A DNA stretch of 54,360 nucleotides, the filler included, from Dimargaris cristalligena (taxonomy: Eukaryota): NCBI GenBank assembly GCA_003614675.1. It is 2 parts of 2 records of this genome, joined end to end, with 100 filler letters (N's around TTAATTAATTAA, not from the genome) between each part and the next. Parts side by side here need not be neighbours in the genome. Positions count along the whole stretch, not along the records: positions 27,260 to 54,360 come from ML002523.1; 1 more part is not named here. One strand, given 5' to 3'. Position numbers and translations under genes: made by a program. Positions 48,029 to 54,360 of the stretch are shown in pieces. Positions within the stretch are counted from its first letter, which is position 1. The number at the start of each line of letters is the position of its first letter. A model generated the notes under the pieces. It was not told where the DNA came from and searched no databases. It saw only the letters and a program-made list of their open reading frames with translations.

Positions 48029-49216
48029 ATGTATTACCATGTTAATGTGGTATCTAGCGCCGTAGTGACGACGGCCATGTTCGCCGGCTCGGCTTTAGCT
48101 ACCTCTATCCCCACGGATGTCCCTGGGACTAGTCAAGGTATGGCATTCAGCACCCCGATGCATCTGACGCGCCGTGCCCCCCTATTCTTAAACTGGCGGA
48201 GCAGTCAAGCTTCCATGACCCCTTCAACCACCGACCAAGCCTATAGTTACCTGGACAACTCGGCAAGTGACTCGGCTTTATACACGGAGACAGACTCTAT
48301 CAGCTCGACATCGACCCGTCGCCGAGACCGTATCGCCCAGCGTCTACCCAATAAAATTACCGGGGCCAATAAGTCCGTCTCCGAACGCAACTCGTTTCAA
48401 AAATGGCTTAGTAAAAGTCAAAGCGACTTGGCCGGGGTTAGTACGGTGGGGTCAACCGACAAGCCATTCACGACCTCCAGTAGTTGGAGTCAGAGCAATG
48501 AGTTTAAACCCCCCTCCATCGATGACATCTCCTTGTCTGAGAACTACCACGCCCCCGATGACAGCCGCATTGGCTCCGATACTGTGGGCCAATCCGGTGG
48601 CAATGACCTGAATTGGAGTAATTTTTTCCAAGGCCCTCATGAAGATGATGACGAGGACGATGGTGGTGATTATAATAGCTACGGGTTCAATCGTGACTTC
48701 CCCGATAGTACGATATCAACGAAAAATTCCGAGCAGAACCAGGTTGAACTTACACCAGAAGAGCTTAAGCAAGAGAAGCGCAAAAGAAGAAGTCTGAAGA
48801 ATCAAGAGGAGCTTGAAAAAGCGGCAGCGCGTTATCATCATGCCAACATGAACGACTACGATAAACCTCCCATCGGATATCCGCTTTATGCCGGCCACGC
48901 CGAAACTAGGTCGACATCGGCAAACGTGAACCAACAAACGAAGGAAAGCGGCGCTGCCATTTTACCCGATACCCCCGTGCCGGATCTCACCAACGACGAT
49001 GACAATGACGATGAATTTTTCGATGCTGAAGATGGTAGTACTTGGCCTAACTATCAGTCGGAAGCTCATGATTACTCGTCTAAGCACCCTTCCTTACCCG
49101 GTTATAATAGCCCAGTGTTGAAGAATAACCGTGCTGCAAACAACTATAGTCCGATCAGTGAGCCTGGCTTGACTAATCATGATGATGAGAACACTTGGTA
49201 TATCGATGACCCTTAA
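48029..49216 (+). CDS. Secreted low-complexity protein, paralog B (395 aa), intronless, with FFAT motif
   Basis: Signal peptide MYYHVNVVSSAVVTTAMFAGSALA, HLTRRAP, DDDNDDEFFDAED. TATA-like TATAAAT at about 47771. Confidence 0.85.
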   Translation: MYYHVNVVSSAVVTTAMFAGSALATSIPTDVPGTSQGMAFSTPMHLTRRAPLFLNWRSSQASMTPSTTDQAYSYLDNSASDSALYTETDSISSTSTRRRDRIAQRLPNKITGANKSVSERNSFQKWLSKSQSDLAGVSTVGSTDKPFTTSSSWSQSNEFKPPSIDDISLSENYHAPDDSRIGSDTVGQSGGNDLNWSNFFQGPHEDDDEDDGGDYNSYGFNRDFPDSTISTKNSEQNQVELTPEELKQEKRKRRSLKNQEELEKAAARYHHANMNDYDKPPIGYPLYAGHAETRSTSANVNQQTKESGAAILPDTPVPDLTNDDDNDDEFFDAEDGSTWPNYQSEAHDYSSKHPSLPGYNSPVLKNNRAANNYSPISEPGLTNHDDENTWYIDDP

Positions 49217-50054
49217 TCCCCTAGGACTTACACCGAGACCCCCGCCACAAAGAGTATCCGCTTCTAAGTTGCGGTTTCAGTGCTACCCAGTGCTATACTA
49301 AAACTTCTTTTATAGGATTCCAACCCAGGGCCCGGTAGCCGAACCTATTCACACTATTAACTTTTTTATCTCTCAGGGAAATGGTTTCTGGGAACCTGTC
49401 GTTCCCAAATCTATACCAACTAGCCCCTCACCGCTTTTTTATTCAGATACCTCTAACGACTTCTAAAACCCGTAGTTGATCGTCAAAAATTAGTTTAACA
49501 GGTTCACTATTAGCTGTGGAATAGCCCTATCGAATTCCGGCCCTCACCTGCCGATATTCACAATAAATATAAATTGGTATCTATTTTTATTTTATTTTTT
49601 TAGGAAGGTTTGACGACAATGGCCTAATTGTCAATGTGTATTTGGAAAAGGTTCGGGGCAGTTGTAGAATGATAAATTGGTCTGGGGAGAAAGGGGTTAT
49701 TGGCTAAAATTCATTATCTCCCCTATTTCACATACAGTATTGTATTCTAAATGCTCTTCAGCTTGGTCAAATACCGCCCAATACACACGTTTAGCACTTG
49801 GGCAAGAGGGCGAGTGGGCCACCATATGGCCAATACATTCTAGCTGATGTTTCACTAATGGTCGCATCTTAACCTGAGTATCATCCCTAAGAAAAATGGG
49901 TTTTCACTGAAAGGTATGTAATTTTCGTGTATTGAGTTGGCGACATGCTAGTTCCGATAATAACATGCTGCTTCTATAGCCGAACGGCTTGTAATATAAT
50001 AGCTTGACTCAATTTTCCCCATATGCCTTAGACCATTATTTTCATAACAAGATA

Positions 50055-50190
50055 TCGGTGAAATTCAGCGCAGCTGTATAGGGGTTTAAGTAACGTATAT
50101 AGGAAAATAGTAGAGTGTTTCATTTTTAACCAGTAGGTTCGGCCTCATACGACGAGTTTTTCGCTATATAGTCTAGTTGAATTCCTCCCA
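50055..50190 (+). mobile_element. MITE-like element, copy 4 (diverged, about 136 bp)
   Basis: TA|TCGGTGAAATTCAGCGCAGCTGTATAGGGG...TTTTTCGCTATATAGTCTAGTTGAATTCCTCCCA|TG. Colinear with the other copies. Confidence 0.75.
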
Positions 50191-52144
50191 TGCCCAAGAA
50201 CCATCAATTAGAAAATTACTGGACAGTTTCATTGGGGGGGAGTAGTGCTTCTGAAAGGAACGTTCCTTTTATTCAAGTGATAACTACGTGCAACCCCCCC
50301 CCCTGTGTCGCAACTTTCCAATGGAAAGGGCGACTTATATTTCTAGGGCACTATTGTCTAGAAACACGCAATATCTATTGGTAACATAATGGTCAAGAGA
50401 CCTTTCGAAGAACATACCTAGCGAAACGGCCCATATAAGTAATCACGGCTAACTGAGTATTCTTTTCTATACGAGCCTTCCCATTTAATATGCATTGGTA
50501 ATAAACTTGCACCAGGGTGAGTATAAACCGACGGATGGCTACACCGCCAATAGCCACCGCGGGAGAGACCACTGTACTCGTAGTTTCCATAGGCCGGTAT
50601 GGGTACATACTGCATTTACTAGAGATATTGTGGTTACATTGGTGGGGCACCTGGAGAGTGGTCGATGAATCGGACCAGCCCGTTCCTGGCATGACTGGGC
50701 TATAGGGCGTGGTGATGAGTTGGGCTGTGTCTTCCATTCCCCCCTTCCACCTAATCCCACTATATACATGTATGACAAGATTGGGGGTACCAGAAAGAAG
50801 AAAAGGTGATAGACAGCACTAAGAACACGCTAAACCCCTCAGTGTTGGCCGATTTGCAAACCGACCTCGGGTTTGTCATGAGGGCCTTGGCCGAGCACTA
50901 TGTGTCGCTAGTTCGCTAAAGGGCCACATAAATGTTAAGTCTTTGCGTGGTAACAACCTGCAAATCAATTTTATTATATCTCGGTAGTGGCTGTTGATAC
51001 TACCGGTTTTCCTATGGCACCCAATAGTGAGCAGGTATACTAAGAGGAAGTGGGAGGAGGGGGAGAGGGCGGAGGAGAAAGGGAAAAAGAGTAGAATGCC
51101 ATATTTTTTTCTGAGTCTTAACTGGGCCTTGAAAACACAAGTGTTACACACACATTTCCATGAATAGACAACAGGGTGGGAGTGCAAAGGCGAAATAAAA
51201 CCAAGCTAAGAACCCATAGTTACCCCTATCTGCCCTAAATCGAGATGCAAGTCGTTCCTAGTGGCAAATGCCGCCCTGGTGTTGGCGATGCTCAATACAC
51301 TTTTACAAAATATTGGTGGTATTGAAGTTGGTACAATAGTGCGAGGGGAGTTAATATTCGCAAATAAGAGGTCGCGTCGAATAAATTCTGTGTTATACAG
51401 CTGGGCGAAGCGCCCACCTCATCGTAAAACCATATTTATTCTGCTGTTCGGTATGAGCTCTAATGGATAATTGTCCAGGGACCGAATATAGCCACGCATT
51501 GGTTCACTCTACATTTATTGGATTTTTTCGGCCCGGGGAATTCTGCTGGCTCTTCTTTTGACAAGGGCAGCGGAGAAGGGAAGAAGGAAAGGATGGAAAA
51601 GGAGAGGTTTGATCGGGAGGGCTTAGGGAGCGGTTACACTTGTGGAACCGCGTCGAGACTAGAAGGTGCAACCGCCAATATGACAAATCCATTTCTCGTA
51701 CAGCCAAACCCGACCACCAATATACAGTTAATAGTCTACAATAGTTCGGCGTGTATCAAATGAAGAAGGCGGAAAATGGGTTGACTTTGTAATGCCAAAA
51801 TAGGGGATAGTCCACCTAAATCCCCCCCCCTCGCCCATGGGCGCCTATTCCTCTCCTACTACCACAGCTGAAGCTACTTGGCCAGTCCTGGGCATCCGAG
51901 TGCAAATGCATATAAAACTGCGCCGGTGCCCTGCAGAAATCGCTACACCCGACTTGTCTTTCTCGTTTATTTCCAACCAGCGTTTCTTTTTGAGATATTT
52001 CTTTCCGCCGCCCTCCTAACTCCCCGCCCCATATTCCCTCCATCCTTTCCACTCAGCGCCTCTTCTTTGTCTAGAGTTTGGGGCATATTCCCATACCATT
52101 GTATTTCTGTCTACCCCCAATTTGTTTAGTGTTGGCCTACCACG

Positions 52145-53241
52145 ATGCATTATCGTTTCGGCGTATTGTCTAGCGCGCTGGTGGCGTCGACTGTGTTCGC
52201 TGGCTCGGCTCTAGCGACCCCTACTCCCGCGGGTGCTCTTGGGGCCAGTCGAGGTATGCCTCCCGGTACCCCAATGTATCTGACGCGCCGTGCTCCCTCA
52301 CATTCATCCTGGTGGTCCAGTGGGACTGACATGACGACCACCGACCAGTCCAGGCAAGGCATCGACTTCTCTCGGTACAACAACAACGAGGAAGAGGGTA
52401 CTACCAGCGCCCCACCAGCCCGCCATCGCGATCGTGTGCGTGATTTCATTAACCGAAAGTTGAAAGGGACCGACAAGCCTGATTCAAAGCGTAGCCAATT
52501 TTATAATGCTATAAAATCCAACCTGAGGAGCTCAGACAATACGAGCACGGCGGAATCCAGTAGCTTGAACCAGGACGACAAGTTGATGGTAAACACCCCC
52601 ATCAACCCCGTCACCTCTTCGGTTGACAACTACGCCCCCGAAAGCAATAGTGTGCACCCAGATGCAACGATGCAAGCTAATAGGGTTCGTGAAGATTGGG
52701 AAGACTTTTTCCAGAGTCCTACTAGCACTGCCTCATTCCCCTTTACCGAAAACTCCGACAAGGTTGAGGTCGAACCAGCAATGTTGGGAGGAGTCAATAA
52801 TAACCAACACAAGGAGAAACATATTCCTATCGTTGTACGACCCCCCCCCCCGTGCCCGTCTATGCCGATGAATACGACCCCCTTACCTATGGTACCAATC
52901 CCAGCCACGTTAACTACCCGGAATATCAGAGATTAGATGGTGTGGCCCAACACTATGGCTTTGGCGATGGAGGGGTCTCCCACGGTGGTGCAAGTTTTGG
53001 AAAATCGTTTAAGAAATCCCTCGAACTCACTGAGACGTACCTCTCCCAATGGAATTCAAACCCGGATTGCTATTCCCCTAAGCTGGCGTCTTCTATTCAA
53101 TCAAATGACCACATTGTATCAAGAGCATCCACGAAGAATTACAATAACGATAACGGTGATAATGAAGACAATGAGTTTTTCGATGCTTTAAGTGAGGCAC
53201 ACGTTGAATACCCCATGTCGCCCAGAGTTATTCCTAACTAA
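52145..53241 (+). CDS. Secreted low-complexity protein, paralog C, with a frameshift at a C11 tract (52841-52851); FFAT motif in the distal frame
   Basis: Signal peptide MHYRFGVLSSALVASTVFAGSALA, YLTRRAP. Colinear with paralog B (RHRDRV/RRRDRI, WEDFFQ/WSNFFQ, PVYA/PLYA, EFFDA). ORFs 52145-52936 and 52852-53241 join if the C run is 9 or 12 nt. Confidence 0.75.
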
Positions 53242-54360
53242 ATATCCCAAATTAGGCGGCGTCTGCTGTTCCCTACCAATATAGTATTGAGGTTCCGATT
53301 GGGGGGCGCTTTCACCTTTATATGATTATTTTCGCCATAGACTTTTCGATTGTAACCGATAAACCTGGAATTTGTTTGTTTCCTAAGGTTCATTTTTTTT
53401 CTTTCAAATATGGGTCCTCCTACCTAGCACGCTCCATCTGTTTAAGCCGCTTAGTAGTGGCTTCATTTTATTATTGAGGTTTTCACAATACATACATCTA
53501 TATATATATATATATATATAGTCGATAGAGGTGACCAGGTGAGCTGTTTCTGATGGTAACGATACTTCATGGACAATGGGGTTATTTGATGGGTTAGTCA
53601 TCGAGTTTTAGGGGGCCTGGTATCCGAAGCCGAAAACTTGGAGGATAACATCATTGTAGTGATCGACCGGTCCAAAGGGAAGTGAATCAGGGACGAGGCT
53701 TCTTGTGCTCCCTATTTACCCCTTGGGTCAATCCATTCCGAACCCCGTGAAACTCGGCGGAATTAATAGTATAGTAACAATAAACCTAATGAAATCCAAT
53801 GGACCCACCCCTGATCCACACCGCGGGGAAATAGGGAGTATATATATCCAATCGCACAGTTGGACTGGTCTTATTACATCGGAAACTAACCCACCCTCCC
53901 TCCCACATGAATAACCATAGTGGACCCCCTTCCAGGCACACATACACCCACACATTTCACCTCCGAATTCTCCTTTTTAGTACATTGGAGATTTCAATAA
54001 GGGAGCTCTTATTGATTGCAGTTGATCGAAATCATCCACCACGATATCCTGGTCAAGGCAGGGATAGTCATCAGATAAAGGGGCCCACTACATTACAATA
54101 CGTCATTCATTATAGTACCTCCATTAACTAAAAAAAATGGCGGGGTTATTAGTGGTGTTCTAAGTATTTCTCTCGACCCCTGGTTCATGAGGGCCCCAAT
54201 TCATGAATTCCCGCAGTAGGGCGTAAAAGGCACCTCCATATGTACTGCCATTTAGGCTGGTCGATTAATGTGCTTTATATTTAATATACTCCAAACATCT
54301 GACCCGCTAGGGCAATGGGGGGGGGGGGGTTCAAAATGACATGAATTGGGATAGGGAGGG

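Noticed and set aside
27817..53520. Numerous (TA)n microsatellites and G/C homopolymers in introns and intergenic DNA
   Set aside because: Common simple repeats with no pattern supportable from sequence alone.

Overview
Eukaryotic (fungal) genomic DNA with spliceosomal introns, not prokaryotic. NELF, DMC1 and lineage-specific secreted proteins point to an early-diverging fungus; a Zoopagomycota mycoparasite such as Dimargaris is my inference from protein style and is not verified. An artificial 100-bp N/TTAATTAATTAA/N linker (27160-27259) splits the window into two contigs. Left contig: a CpG-depleted relic region, an intronless SAM-domain ATRX/RAD54L2-like SNF2 ATPase, a small orphan gene, a family III CoA-transferase, a disrupted secreted protein, DBP4, DPB2 and a secreted protein with an F-box-like motif. 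Right contig: NELF-C/D (10 visible exons), an orphan ORF, DMC1 (9 exons), METTL16 (12 exons, almost invisible in the ORF track) and three tandem paralogous secreted low-complexity proteins. The best lead is a candidate effector set: signal peptide + LxRR(A/S)P, with two paralogs carrying FFAT (EFFDA) motifs that only work in a cytosol, plus the secreted F-box-like protein. Also found: a four-copy ~138-bp MITE family and a candidate pseudoknotted RNA at the contig end. All gene models were assembled by hand from splice signals and remembered family motifs; no database searches were run.
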